DNA from: an uncultured Opitutales bacterium
GTDB taxonomy: Bacteria; Verrucomicrobiota; Verrucomicrobiia; Opitutales; Intestinicryptomonadaceae
DNA length: 64,000 nucleotides
Direction: 5' to 3'
NCBI GenBank assembly: GCA_900546565.1
Contig: URDC01000001.1
Location: 83,796 to 147,795 of the forward strand
Positions 30,872 through 41,029 of the stretch are shown one piece after another. Within the stretch, counting starts at the first letter, position 1; each line of letters opens with the position of its first letter. The position numbers were made by a program, and so were the translations under genes. The notes below the pieces were generated by a model. The model was not told the origin of the DNA, made no database searches, and saw only the letters and a program-made list of their open reading frames with translations.

Positions 30872-30947
30872 TCAACACAATTTTATTAAAGCTGTTGACG
30901 TTTCGGCGTGGCCGTGTTTGAATGCTCGGGTTAATTCAAAAAATTTT

Positions 30948-32783
30948 ATGCCCGAATATCGTTCAAAAAAAAGTTTTACAGGTAGAAATATGGCCGGCGC
31001 GCGCGCTTTGTGGCGCGCAACGGGAGTGAAGGAGGAGGACTTCGGAAAGCCCGTAATCGCGGTCGTGAACTCGTTTACGCAGTTTGTCCCCGGACACGTG
31101 CACCTCGACAAAGTCGGCGCGTATGTGCGCGAGCAGGTCGAAAAGGCCGGCGCGATTGCCCGCGAATTCAATACTATTGCAATCGACGACGGCATTGCAA
31201 TGGGGCACGAAGGCATGCTCTACTCGCTGCCCTCGCGCGAGCTGATTGCCGACAGTGTCGAATATATGTGCAACGCCCACTGCGCCGACGCCATGATTTG
31301 CATTTCAAACTGCGACAAAATCACCCCCGGAATGATGATGGCTGCTATGCGCATGAACATTCCCGCAATTTTCGTTTCGGGCGGGCCTATGGAAGCGGGC
31401 GTGGGCAAGCTCAGCACGGGCGAGCGCAAGCTCGACCTAATCGACGCAATGATTGCGGGCGCGAACCCCAATGTTTCGGACGCCGACAGCGAGATTATGG
31501 AGCGCAACGCGTGCCCGACTTGCGGTTCGTGCTCGGGTATGTTCACGGCTAATTCGATGAACTGTTTGGCGGAGGCAATCGGTTTGGCTCTCCCCGGCAA
31601 CGGGACGATTGTCGCGACCCACGCGGCGCGTAAAAACCTCTTCGCGCAGGCGTCGAAGCGCATTGTCGAAATGGCGAAAGCCTACTACGAAAACGGCGAC
31701 GAAAGCGTTCTGCCGCGCTCGATTGCCACGCGCGAAAGTTTCCTCAACGCCATGCGTTTGGACATCGCAATGGGCGGCAGCACGAACACCGTCTTGCACC
31801 TGCTCGCGATTGCCCGCGAAGGCGAAGTCGACTTCTCGATGAAGGACATCGACGCGCTCTCGCGCAAGACGCCCTGCATTTGCAAAGTCGCCCCCAGCAC
31901 GCAGAAAGTCCACGTTCAGGACGTCCACCGCGCGGGCGGCATTTTCGCGATTTTGGGCGAATTGGCGCGCGCCGACCTGCTCGACCTCGGCGCGAAAACC
32001 GTCCACGAAAAGACGATTGCCGACGCCATCAAAAAATACGACATTTTATCGCCCGAATGCTCGGAGGAAACAAAGCATATGTTCCGCGCCGCGCCCGCCA
32101 ACAAATATTCGGTTCAGGCGTGGACTCAGGAAACATACTACGACTCCAACGACACCGACCGCGCGGGCGGCGCGATTAGGTCGGTCGGGCACGCGTTCAG
32201 CAAAGACGGCGGGTTGGCGGTTCTCTTCGGCAACATCGCCCGCGACGGCTCGATTGTAAAGACTGCGGGCGTAGACGAATCGATTTTGAAATTCCGCGGC
32301 ACGGCAAAGGTCTACCACTCCGAGCAAGCCGCAAGTTTGGCGATTCGCGGCGGAGAGATTGCCCCTGGCGACGTTGTCGTGATTGTCTACGAAGGCCCGC
32401 GCGGCGGCCCCGGCATGCAGGAAATGCTTTATCCGACAAGCCACCTGAAAAGTATGGGCTTGGGCAAGGTTTGCGCCCTGCTTACCGACGGGCGTTTTTC
32501 GGGCGGCACAAGCGGGCTTTCAATCGGGCACGCTTCGCCGGAGGCCGCTGACGGCGGCGACATTGCGCTTGTCGAGAACGGCGATATGATTGACATCGAC
32601 ATTCCCGCGCGCAAAATTTCGCTCGAAATTTCCGACGCCGAAATGCAGGCGCGGCGCGAAAAAATGCTCGCCAAGGGCAGGGACGCCTACAAGCCCGTGC
32701 GCGACCGCAAGGTTTCGAAGGCGTTGCAATTCTACGCGCAATCGGTCTCCTCGGCGGCGGACGGCGCGGTTCGAAAAATGTAG
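30948..32783 (+). CDS. ilvD: dihydroxy-acid dehydratase
   Basis: Begins [26 protein letters not shown]..., canonical IlvD, with CDKITPG and CPTCGSCSG Fe-S motifs. The start at 30948 is chosen by homology; the tabulated ORF begins at 30819. Confidence 0.93.
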   Translation: MPEYRSKKSFTGRNMAGARALWRATGVKEEDFGKPVIAVVNSFTQFVPGHVHLDKVGAYVREQVEKAGAIAREFNTIAIDDGIAMGHEGMLYSLPSRELIADSVEYMCNAHCADAMICISNCDKITPGMMMAAMRMNIPAIFVSGGPMEAGVGKLSTGERKLDLIDAMIAGANPNVSDADSEIMERNACPTCGSCSGMFTANSMNCLAEAIGLALPGNGTIVATHAARKNLFAQASKRIVEMAKAYYENGDESVLPRSIATRESFLNAMRLDIAMGGSTNTVLHLLAIAREGEVDFSMKDIDALSRKTPCICKVAPSTQKVHVQDVHRAGGIFAILGELARADLLDLGAKTVHEKTIADAIKKYDILSPECSEETKHMFRAAPANKYSVQAWTQETYYDSNDTDRAGGAIRSVGHAFSKDGGLAVLFGNIARDGSIVKTAGVDESILKFRGTAKVYHSEQAASLAIRGGEIAPGDVVVIVYEGPRGGPGMQEMLYPTSHLKSMGLGKVCALLTDGRFSGGTSGLSIGHASPEAADGGDIALVENGDMIDIDIPARKISLEISDAEMQARREKMLAKGRDAYKPVRDRKVSKALQFYAQSVSSAADGAVRKM

Positions 32784-32870
32784 CGTTTTTGCAACGGACG
32801 ATTGCCCCGCGCGGGGCGTCGTCCTTTTTTATTTCCGAAAAACCTCCAAATTAGAAACTATCCAAAAATA

Positions 32871-33749
32871 ATGAAAAGTATGACGGGCTTTGGGCGCGAA
32901 TGCGCCGACTTCGAAGATTTTTCGGTGTCGGTCGACATCTCGTCGGTCAACAAAAAGGGTCTCGAAATTTCGGTGTCGCTGCCGCGCGAATGGGGCGCGA
33001 TGGAGCGTCTTATCGGCGCGGAGCTCAAAAGGCGTTTTTCGCGCGGAAAGTTCAATGTCGCGCTCAATGTCGAGTTTAAGCTTGCCGAAAGCGGCGTGTT
33101 TGCCGACGCCGATATGCTTGCGGCGTCGCTTGCAAAGCTGCGCGATTTTTGCGGGGCAAACGGCATTGACCCGCGTTTGACTTCCGCCGATGTGCTCGAA
33201 CTCAACCGCCAGCTTTCCGAAAAATCCGTGCGGCGCGTTGTCGATGTCGAAGCCCAATGGGGTAAGCTTTTGCCCGTTTTTGCCGCCGCCTGCGAAAAGC
33301 TTGACGAAATGCGTGGCGTCGAAGGCGCGGCGTTGAAGCTCGACCTCGCCGAGCGCGTCGGCAGAATAAAAGCCCTCGTCGCGCGCGCGCGTGTGTTTGC
33401 CGCGGAATCGCCCGCCAAGTATCGCGAATCGCTTATGCAGAAGTTGGCGGCAATCGGGCTTAATCTCGACTTCAATGACGAGCGCGTTTTGAAGGAGGTT
33501 TGCATTTTTGCCGACAAGTGCGATGTCGCCGAAGAATTGACGCGGCTCGAAAGCCACGTTGCCCAATTTTATTCGATTATTGAGCTTGACGAAGCCGTCG
33601 GGCGCAAGCTCGATTTTCTTTGTCAGGAGATGGGGCGCGAAATCAACACGACGGCGAGCAAAGCCAACAATCTCGACCTCACCAAAATCGCGATAGACTT
33701 GAAGAACGAGCTTGAAAGGGTACGCGAGCAAGTCCAAAACCTCGAATAA
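32871..33749 (+). CDS. yicC: YicC-family stress-induced protein
   Basis: Begins MKSMTGFGR..., as E. coli YicC begins MIRSMTAYAR. The C-terminus DVAEELTRLESHV...AVGRKLDFLCQEMGREINT matches the YicC C-terminal domain. Confidence 0.85.
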   Translation: MKSMTGFGRECADFEDFSVSVDISSVNKKGLEISVSLPREWGAMERLIGAELKRRFSRGKFNVALNVEFKLAESGVFADADMLAASLAKLRDFCGANGIDPRLTSADVLELNRQLSEKSVRRVVDVEAQWGKLLPVFAAACEKLDEMRGVEGAALKLDLAERVGRIKALVARARVFAAESPAKYRESLMQKLAAIGLNLDFNDERVLKEVCIFADKCDVAEELTRLESHVAQFYSIIELDEAVGRKLDFLCQEMGREINTTASKANNLDLTKIAIDLKNELERVREQVQNLE

Positions 33750-33865
33750 AAAAACGGGCGAGGACGTACGCCTCCGAGGCAAATTATTTCATTATTTACC
33801 TGAAAATGTTTCCCAGTCGGGAAACATTTTTTGTATTTAAATTTGCCCCAGAGGCGCACTCGCAG
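33750..33865 (+). repeat. MITE-like palindromic element (copy B) abutting the yicC stop codon, containing an intrinsic terminator
   Basis: AAAAAACGGGCGAGGACGTACGCCTCCGAGG-caaat...atttg-CCCCAGAGGCGCACTCGC with an inner hairpin AATGTTTCCCagtcGGGAAACATT + TTTTGTATTT (33803-33838). Confidence 0.8.
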
Positions 33866-34315
33866 CCAAAAATGACTCGCGTTTGCTACGCAAACCGTTT
33901 GACACGCTACTGCGTGCCCTTCGGGTGCGTTTTGCAAACGCATCTATACGCGCCTTCGGCTTGTATTCGCCCCTACGGGGTCGTTGCTTGGCAACGCTCA
34001 AACGCGCTACGCTTGTTTTCGGTTTCGCTTCGCCTCACATACCTAAGTATGCTTCGGCTCGAATGGACATTCGGAGAGTTTCGGGGTATGCGGTATTGCC
34101 GAAGGCAATCGCATAGGGGTATTTTATAAGTTGGGAAGTGGCGCGGATTGCTACGCAATATCGCTTTGCTTTAATAGATAGACTAAGGCACATCGGCAAC
34201 GTCGATTGCCGTCTCTTACAAAAAATAGACAAAAAGTGTTGACATAATCTGCGTTTTTTCGGACAGTCGTCGCGCCTTATAAAGAATAAGGCTTTCTCAT
34301 AATCCCATAAATATG

Positions 34316-34356
34316 GGGCGTTTGCACTAACCTGCAAACGCCCTCATTGTTTTTTG
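34316..34356 (+). terminator. intrinsic terminator in the ORF-free region upstream of the lipoprotein gene
   Basis: GGGCGTTTGCActaaccTGCAAACGCCC + tcaTTGTTTTTTGT. A TTGACA hexamer lies ~85 nt upstream (34228). Confidence 0.5.
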
Positions 34357-34438
34357 TGTTTCGGACGCGGCGATATGCGGCTAAATATGCGTCCAAAAAA
34401 GTGTTGAAGCCTCGGGCTTTTTTTGCTCATATAGCGCA

Positions 34439-35692
34439 ATGGAAAAATTTAGAAATCTGTGGCTGCTGCCGGCAGTCGCTCTGCTGGGTGCGGGTTGTGG
34501 TGTAGTCAAGGAAAACGCGTTTTCTACCGACGAGTCCAAACTCTGGACAATCGGTCAGGAACTCTCATTCTTTTCGAAATATTCGGTCGATGCGCAAGTG
34601 CTCAAAAACGACGAATCGGTTTTGATTTTCTCGCCCACCTACCACGGGCGCATTTTCACTTCCGCATTCGGCGACGAATCCTCGCCCAGCCTCGGCTGGT
34701 TTAACCGCGAACTTGTCGCGCTTAAAAACCGCAACCTGCGCACAGCCTTTATCGGCGGCGAAGACGCGCTCTTCGTCGGGCCCGAGGGCGGCGACGCCTC
34801 CGTATACTTCGACCGCGGCGCGCTCTGGACGGAGGAAAACCGCAAACTTCCCGAAATCGTCTCCACCAACGCTTGGAAAATGGTTTCGCGCTCCGACACC
34901 CGCGCGCGCTTCGAAGCTCGCGGCGAGCTCACCAACGCCCTCGGCACGAAATTCCCGATTTCCGTCGAACGCGAAATCTCGCTGCTCTCGCGCGACGACG
35001 TCTCGAAAATTCTCGGCGTCGAAATCCCGCAGGGCTTAAAACTCGTCGCATTCCAGTCGATGAATAAGCTCACCAACACCTCCGACAAAAAGTGGACCGA
35101 AAAAACCGGAATGCTTAATATGAGCGTCAAAAGCTGCTTCAACGCCAACAAGACCGTCTACGCCTTCGTGCCCTACCGCGCGGGCGACGCCTCCGAATAC
35201 GGCGATGTCGTGCGCGACAACGTTTTCGATTCCGCCACTTCCGCCTCCCCTCTCGGCGACCGCATTTCGATTTTCGACGACTATATCCGCTTCAAATGCG
35301 ACGGCCGCCACATTTCGGGCATCGGTGTAAACTCGCGCCGCAGCGAGGGCATAGCCTTTTCCTACGACGACAAAAACGCAATACTGACAATCGTCCTCTA
35401 TATAAAACCGTCGGGACGCCGCGCCTATTACCCCGCCTCTTGGCGCAACGCCCAAACGGGCTTCGACGGCGAGGCAATCTCCGTCTACAACAACGGGCCA
35501 GCTTCGCGCAACATATACTTCTCCAACCTCTTCTACGAAATCGCAACATACTCGCCCGCGCTCGACTTGGACGCAGGCCGCAGCCAGTTCCACTTGCAGC
35601 GCACCTTCCACTTTCACGGTTCGGAATACGACTTGGACTTGCTCGCCTATAAACTAACGGGCGTCTCCTTAAAACAAATGCGCGTAAAATAA
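34439..35692 (+). CDS. hypothetical lipoprotein
   Basis: 417 aa beginning MEKFRNLWLLPAVALLGAGCG..., a lipobox-type signal peptide. I recognise no family. Confidence 0.7.
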   Translation: MEKFRNLWLLPAVALLGAGCGVVKENAFSTDESKLWTIGQELSFFSKYSVDAQVLKNDESVLIFSPTYHGRIFTSAFGDESSPSLGWFNRELVALKNRNLRTAFIGGEDALFVGPEGGDASVYFDRGALWTEENRKLPEIVSTNAWKMVSRSDTRARFEARGELTNALGTKFPISVEREISLLSRDDVSKILGVEIPQGLKLVAFQSMNKLTNTSDKKWTEKTGMLNMSVKSCFNANKTVYAFVPYRAGDASEYGDVVRDNVFDSATSASPLGDRISIFDDYIRFKCDGRHISGIGVNSRRSEGIAFSYDDKNAILTIVLYIKPSGRRAYYPASWRNAQTGFDGEAISVYNNGPASRNIYFSNLFYEIATYSPALDLDAGRSQFHLQRTFHFHGSEYDLDLLAYKLTGVSLKQMRVK

Positions 35693-35736
35693 ATTCCGCC
35701 GATTTCCAATAACACAGCTCTTCTTTCATAAAAAAT

Positions 35737-36786
35737 ATGGACAAATTTCTCAGCGAATTATTGCAAACCCGCTCGCCCACGGGCGCCGAAACTGAGGCTG
35801 CCGCGGTAGTCGAAAAATACATCAAACCAGTCGCCGACACCTTCGAGCGCGACGTTCTCGGCAACCGCATAGCCACCCTCGGCGGCGGCGCAAAAAAGCT
35901 TATGCTCGCAGGCCACATCGACGAAATCGGCTTGCAGGTTTCCTACATCGATTCCGACGGCTTCATATTCTTCCAGCAGCTCGGCGGGCACGACAACGTT
36001 ATGATATCGGGCAGGGGGGTTCTGATTTTGACCGACCGCGGCGCAGTCGCGGGCGTCACGGGCAAACGTGCAATCCATCTTATGGACGCCAAAGAGCGCA
36101 AGGAAGTGCCCGAAACCCACCAAATCTGGATTGACATCGGTGCGGCAAACAAGGCGGAGGCGGAAAAACTCGTCAGCGTTGGCGACCCCATCGTCTACCA
36201 AACTTCGCTTGTTGAAATGTCCAACGGCCGCTACGCTTCCCGCGCCTTCGACGACAAAGCGGGCGCGTTCGCAATTTTCGAAACATTGCGCCGACTCTCC
36301 GCCGAAAGGGCATCTCTTGAATACAAACTTGTCAGCGTCGGCACCACGCAGGAGGAAATCGGCACGCGCGGCGCGACAACTTCCGCCTACGCCGTCGACG
36401 CCGACATTGCCATAGCAGTCGACGTAACCCACGCCACGGATTTTCCCACTTGCGACTGTCGCAAATTCGGCGATGTCAAACTCGGCAAGGGCGTCGTCAT
36501 CGCACGCGGGCCCAACCTCAATCCGAAAGTCTCCGCCCGCCTCATAGAGCTTGCCAAGGCAAACAACATTCCCTACCAGCTCGAAGCCGAGGCTCGCCCC
36601 ACTGGCACCGACGCACGCGTAATCCAGATGACGCGCGGCGGCATAGCCACTGGGCTTCTTAGCGTTCCCCTGCGCTATATGCACACACCCAACGAAGTCG
36701 CCGACCTCGCCGACATCGAATCCTGCGTGCGCCTGCTTTGCGCGTTCGCAAAATCCCTCAAAAATTCCGACGATTTCACATTCTAA
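35737..36786 (+). CDS. M42-family metallo-aminopeptidase (FrvX/YpdE/CelM-like)
   Basis: 349 aa with the M42 signature (MLAGHIDEIGLQV..., AFDDKAGAFAI..., EEIGTRGA...). Confidence 0.85.
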   Translation: MDKFLSELLQTRSPTGAETEAAAVVEKYIKPVADTFERDVLGNRIATLGGGAKKLMLAGHIDEIGLQVSYIDSDGFIFFQQLGGHDNVMISGRGVLILTDRGAVAGVTGKRAIHLMDAKERKEVPETHQIWIDIGAANKAEAEKLVSVGDPIVYQTSLVEMSNGRYASRAFDDKAGAFAIFETLRRLSAERASLEYKLVSVGTTQEEIGTRGATTSAYAVDADIAIAVDVTHATDFPTCDCRKFGDVKLGKGVVIARGPNLNPKVSARLIELAKANNIPYQLEAEARPTGTDARVIQMTRGGIATGLLSVPLRYMHTPNEVADLADIESCVRLLCAFAKSLKNSDDFTF

Positions 36787-36787
36787 A

Positions 36788-37543
36788 ATGAGACGCATTC
36801 TACTCACAAGGCAGGACAATTCAGCGGTTGCCGAACATTTCAAAGGCGGAGACTTCGAGATTTTGGAACTTCCCCTAATCGAGTGCATCCACAACGTCGA
36901 CGAGTCCGAAGCCTCCGACGTTTTCGGCGAACTCGGCGGCTACGATTGGCTCGTATTTTCAAGCCCGAACGCCGTCCGCGGCTTTTTCAAGGCGTTCTTC
37001 CGCGAATTTAACGACATTCGCGCCCTCGGAATCGCCCGCATTGCCTGCATAGGCGATGCCACCGTCCGCGAGCTTTCCAAATTCTACCTCCGCGCCGACG
37101 TCGTTCCCGAAGTCCAGACCGCGGCGGCTCTCGCCGAGGCAATGGGCGAATACGAAACCCTCGAAAATCTCAAAATTCTCTCCGTCCGCGGAAATCTCGC
37201 CTTGCCCGATTTAATCAAGGCTCTCGAAGCCCAGCGCGCCATAGTCGACGTTTTCGAAGTCTACAAAACAAACCTCGTCGCACTCAAATCCGACGATGCC
37301 GTAGTTGTAGATTTCCGCAAGAAGGGCGCGGACGCCGTTGTTTTTGCCAGTCCCTCGGCGGTCGAAAGTTTTGTCCGCAATCTCGACGCCATTGTTTTGG
37401 AGAAGGACGCTCTGCGCCCAAAAGTTGTCGCAATCGGTTCGACGACTGCCGACGCCGCAAAGAAGAAGGGAATGAAAGTCTCCGCCGTTTCGGAATCCCC
37501 GCGCCCCGAGGATATCGCAGCCGCCGTAAAATCCCTCTTCTAA
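36788..37543 (+). CDS. hemD: uroporphyrinogen-III synthase
   Basis: 251 aa HemD-like (ILLTRQD...WLVFSSPNAVRGFF...VVFASPSAVESF). Its start overlaps the upstream stop. Confidence 0.8.
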   Translation: MRRILLTRQDNSAVAEHFKGGDFEILELPLIECIHNVDESEASDVFGELGGYDWLVFSSPNAVRGFFKAFFREFNDIRALGIARIACIGDATVRELSKFYLRADVVPEVQTAAALAEAMGEYETLENLKILSVRGNLALPDLIKALEAQRAIVDVFEVYKTNLVALKSDDAVVVDFRKKGADAVVFASPSAVESFVRNLDAIVLEKDALRPKVVAIGSTTADAAKKKGMKVSAVSESPRPEDIAAAVKSLF

Positions 37544-37745
37544 AAACGGGCGAGGGCGTGCGCCTCCGAGTCGAATTTATTTTCTATAATCTAGAAAAGT
37601 TTTCCTTTCGGAAAACTTTTTTTGTTTTTTAGATTCGACTCGGAGGCGCACTCACGTTGAATTGGCGAAGCCAAGAGCTGAGCGACGATAGGAGCGTGTT
37701 AAAATCTGACGCGTCTTTTTAGCACGCGCCTCGCCCGTTTTTTTC
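37544..37745 (+). repeat. MITE-like palindromic element (copy C, ~200 bp) with terminal inverted repeats, abutting the hemD stop
   Basis: Left end AAAAACGGGCGAGGGCGTGCGCCTCCGAG-tcgaat. Inner terminator AAAAGTTTTCCtttcGGAAAACTTTT + TTTGTTTTTT (37595-37630). Then attcga-CTCGGAGGCGCACTCACG, the TTGAATTGGCGAAGCC... module, and right end GCACGCGCCTCGCCCGTTTTTTT (reverse complement of the left end). Confidence 0.85.
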
Positions 37746-37858
37746 GCACCCACGTTTGTCCTAATTTTTTTATATGACGGGCACAGGCAGAGGATTCGCC
37801 TTTGGCAAATATTCCTCCTTTGTCAAACGCCTACACGAAAAATTATTTTATAAAACAG

Positions 37859-37888
37859 AAAGAAGTTCCATACGAAACTTCTTTCTTT
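37859..37888 (-). terminator. hairpin module AAAGAAGTTCCATACGAAACTTCTTT downstream of the RND permease gene (likely its terminator)
   Basis: Perfect stem with a U-rich tail on the minus-strand RNA. A near-identical hairpin recurs at 42719-42746. Confidence 0.5.
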
Positions 37889-37896
37889 ATCAATTT

Positions 37897-40800
37897 TTAA
37901 ACCTGTTGTCTTTTCTTGTTTCCGAACAGTTTGCGGATAACGAAGTAGAACACTGGGGTCATAAAGCAACCCAGAATCGTGACCCCAAGCATACCGTAGA
38001 GCACGCACGTTCCCAGAGGTTGGCGCAATTCGCACCCCGGCCCCGATCCGAACGCGAGCGGCACCACGCCCAAGATGAACGCCATAGATGTCATCGCAAT
38101 CGGGCGCAGACGTTGTTTTGAAGCCACTTCAATAGCGTCGTAAATGTTCTCTCCCGAGTCCTCGCGCTGCTTCGAAAACTCCACAATCAGAATCGCGTTT
38201 TTGCACGCCAGCCCGATAAGCACGATAAACCCAATCTGCGTCATCAAGTTGTTGCTCAGCCCTCGGTAATTTATCCCCAACAGCGCGAACAGCAACACCA
38301 ACGGCACAATCAGGATAATCGAAAACGGCAGCGTCCAGCTTTCATAAAGAGCCGCCAGAATCAGGAACACAAACAGCACGCAAGTAAAGAAAATATAGAT
38401 AGCCGTGTTGCCCGCCTTTTTCTCCTGATACGCAAGGTCGGTCCATTCAATGTCCATTCCCGCGGGCAAAACACGCGCGGCAAGCTCCTCAATGGCCTTG
38501 ATAGCCACGCCCGTGCTCACGCCGTGCGCCAAATTGCCCTGCGCTGCGGCGGTCTGATACAGGTTGTAGCGGTAAATTGCGTCGGGGCCCACAATGCGCC
38601 TAATCGACAACACCGAGCCAAGCGGCACATTTTCGCCCTTCGAATTTTGCACGCGCAACTTGTAGATGTCCGAAATGTTCGTTCGGCTCGTGCTTTCGGC
38701 TTGCGCCATAACGCGGTAGACGCGCCCGAGAATGTTGAAGTCGTTGACATACACCGAGCCCAAATTGTATTGCAACGTCTGGAAAATCGACGTTATCGGC
38801 ACATTGAGCTTCTGCGCGCGCTCTCGGTCTATGTCCAAAAACAGCTGCGGATTGCGCGCCTTGTAGTGGGCATACGCGCTCGTTACAATCGGCATTTTGT
38901 CGATTTCGTCGGCGAGCAGACTGATGTATTTTTCCACGGCGTCCGTTCCCAGCCCGACCTTGTCTTGCAGATAAAACTTGAAGTCCGATCCCGAGCCAAT
39001 CCCCGGCACCGACGCGGGAGTTACCACGTTCGTGCGCGCTTCGAGCACGTTTTCGAGCAGCTTCACGCGCACTTCCTCCATAATTTTCTCCATATCCAGA
39101 CCCTCGCGGTCGCGCTTTTTGCGGTCTTCAAGACGCAGCGTGACGTCGCCCGTCTTGTCGGATTTCGTCGTCGAAACTACGTGCTTTATGCCCTTTATTC
39201 CGCCCAGAATCTTGTCGATTTTTTCCATAACCTTGTCGGTTCTTTCAAACGACGAGCTTTCGGGCATCATAATTGCGGCCTTGATAATGCCTCTGTCCTG
39301 CTTGGGGATAAACCCCTTCGGCGTCTGCATAAACGCCTCATACGTGCAAAACAAAATTCCGCCGTAAAGCAGCAACATCAAAACTGAGAACCGCAACACG
39401 TGCCTGATTGCAATCCCATAGGCGTCCGACATCTTTTCGAAGCCGAAGTTAAATCCTCTGAAAAGCAGTCCCAGCGTATAGTGATACACCAAGTGCGCCA
39501 AATTCTTCTTTGCGGCGTGGTCGTGGTGGCGCATAAACAACGCGCACAGCGCGGGCGTAAGCGTAAGCGACACAACACCCGAAATTATGGTCGACGCCGC
39601 AATCGTAATCGCGAACTGCCTGTAAAACTGTCCAGAAATGCCCGTCAAAAACGCTGTCGGAACAAACGCTGCACTCAGCACTAACACAATCGCAACAAGC
39701 GCGCCCTGAATCTGCGTCATCGAAATTTCCGTCGCCTTGACTGCGTCCAACCCCTTTTGCATATTGCGTTCGACATTCTCCACCACCACGATTGCGTCGT
39801 CGACGACAATACCGATGGCAAGCACAAGCCCGAACAACGTCAAATTGTTAATCGTGAATCCGAACGCATACATGACCGCGAACGTTCCAATCAGCGAAAC
39901 GGGAATCGCGAACAGCGGAATCAACGCCGCCCGCAGGTTCTGCATAAAAAGCAGCACAACCAAAATCACCAAAATCACGGCTTCGAAAATCGTCCTGTAA
40001 ACCGCATTGATTGATTCGAGCGTGTATTCCGTCGTGTCATAGCCCACAACACAGTCAATCCCGGGCGGGAACGACTTTTTCATTTCCGCGACAGTCGCCT
40101 TAATCTGCTTTGCTGATTCAATCGCATTCGTCCCCGGCAACTGGTATGCCGCAAGCGAAACCGACTTCATACCGTTAAGCCGCGCTTCCGTGTCGTAGTT
40201 ATAGGAACCAAGTTCGACCCGCGCAACGTCTTTGAGCTTTATAATGCGTCCGTCGGGCATAAATTTTACAATGACGTTTTCGAATTCCGACTTAGTTTGC
40301 AGACGCCCGCGCGCATTGATTAGCAGCTCGAACGCCGCACCCGTGCGCAGCGGCGGCGCATTCAGACGCCCCGCTGCAACCTGCTTATTCTGCTCCTTAA
40401 TCGCCGACACCACTTGCGACGGCGACAAATCCAATGCCTCCAACCTGTCGGGTTGCAGCCAAATTCGCATACTGTATTCGCGCACGCCCGAGACCGTAAA
40501 TTCGCTCACGCCATACACGCGCGAAAGCTTGTCCTGCATCTGCGTTATCGCATAGTTCGACAAATACACCTTGTCGCGCGAGCCGTCCGGAGAAATCAAG
40601 TTAAGCGACATAATGAAGTCCGTCGACCTCTTCTTCACCGTCACGCCCAAGTCGCGTATTTCCTGCGGCAACCGCGACGTCGCCTGATTGACGCGGTTCT
40701 GAACCAAAACCTGCGCCATATTGATGTCTGTTCCCGTCTCGAAATACACAGATATCGCCCAACTGCCGTTTGCCTGCGCCGAGCTGAACATATAAAGCAT

Positions 40801-41028
40801 ATTCTCGATGCCGTTAAGCTGCTGTTCGAGTGGAGAAATCGCCGTGTTTATAATAACCTGCGGCGACGCTCCCGAATACGTTCCGTATACAACCACCGAC
40901 GGCGGCGCGATGTTCGGATACTGCGTAATCGACAAATTCCAGAACGACACCAGCCCGACCAGCGTGATGACAATCGAAATTACCGTCGCAAAAATCGGCC
41001 TGTGTATGAAAAAATGCGAAAAAGTCAT
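37897..41028 (-). CDS. RND-family multidrug efflux permease (AcrB/MexB-like)
   Basis: 1043 aa with 12 TM segments and two large periplasmic loops. The N-terminus MTFSHFFIHRPIFATVISIVITLVG is typical of the HAE1 (hydrophobe/amphiphile efflux-1) RND family. Confidence 0.92.
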   Translation of the reverse strand: MTFSHFFIHRPIFATVISIVITLVGLVSFWNLSITQYPNIAPPSVVVYGTYSGASPQVIINTAISPLEQQLNGIENMLYMFSSAQANGSWAISVYFETGTDINMAQVLVQNRVNQATSRLPQEIRDLGVTVKKRSTDFIMSLNLISPDGSRDKVYLSNYAITQMQDKLSRVYGVSEFTVSGVREYSMRIWLQPDRLEALDLSPSQVVSAIKEQNKQVAAGRLNAPPLRTGAAFELLINARGRLQTKSEFENVIVKFMPDGRIIKLKDVARVELGSYNYDTEARLNGMKSVSLAAYQLPGTNAIESAKQIKATVAEMKKSFPPGIDCVVGYDTTEYTLESINAVYRTIFEAVILVILVVLLFMQNLRAALIPLFAIPVSLIGTFAVMYAFGFTINNLTLFGLVLAIGIVVDDAIVVVENVERNMQKGLDAVKATEISMTQIQGALVAIVLVLSAAFVPTAFLTGISGQFYRQFAITIAASTIISGVVSLTLTPALCALFMRHHDHAAKKNLAHLVYHYTLGLLFRGFNFGFEKMSDAYGIAIRHVLRFSVLMLLLYGGILFCTYEAFMQTPKGFIPKQDRGIIKAAIMMPESSSFERTDKVMEKIDKILGGIKGIKHVVSTTKSDKTGDVTLRLEDRKKRDREGLDMEKIMEEVRVKLLENVLEARTNVVTPASVPGIGSGSDFKFYLQDKVGLGTDAVEKYISLLADEIDKMPIVTSAYAHYKARNPQLFLDIDRERAQKLNVPITSIFQTLQYNLGSVYVNDFNILGRVYRVMAQAESTSRTNISDIYKLRVQNSKGENVPLGSVLSIRRIVGPDAIYRYNLYQTAAAQGNLAHGVSTGVAIKAIEELAARVLPAGMDIEWTDLAYQEKKAGNTAIYIFFTCVLFVFLILAALYESWTLPFSIILIVPLVLLFALLGINYRGLSNNLMTQIGFIVLIGLACKNAILIVEFSKQREDSGENIYDAIEVASKQRLRPIAMTSMAFILGVVPLAFGSGPGCELRQPLGTCVLYGMLGVTILGCFMTPVFYFVIRKLFGNKKRQQV

Positions 41029-41029
41029 A

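Noticed and set aside
30819-30947. Upstream extension of the ilvD ORF ([16 protein letters not shown]...)
   Set aside because: Homology to IlvD starts at MPEYRSKK. The extension lies in the divergent promoter region shared with scpB.
35758-36894. 378-aa minus-strand ORF antisense to the M42 peptidase gene
   Set aside because: The plus-strand product has clear M42 peptidase motifs. The antisense product is low-complexity.
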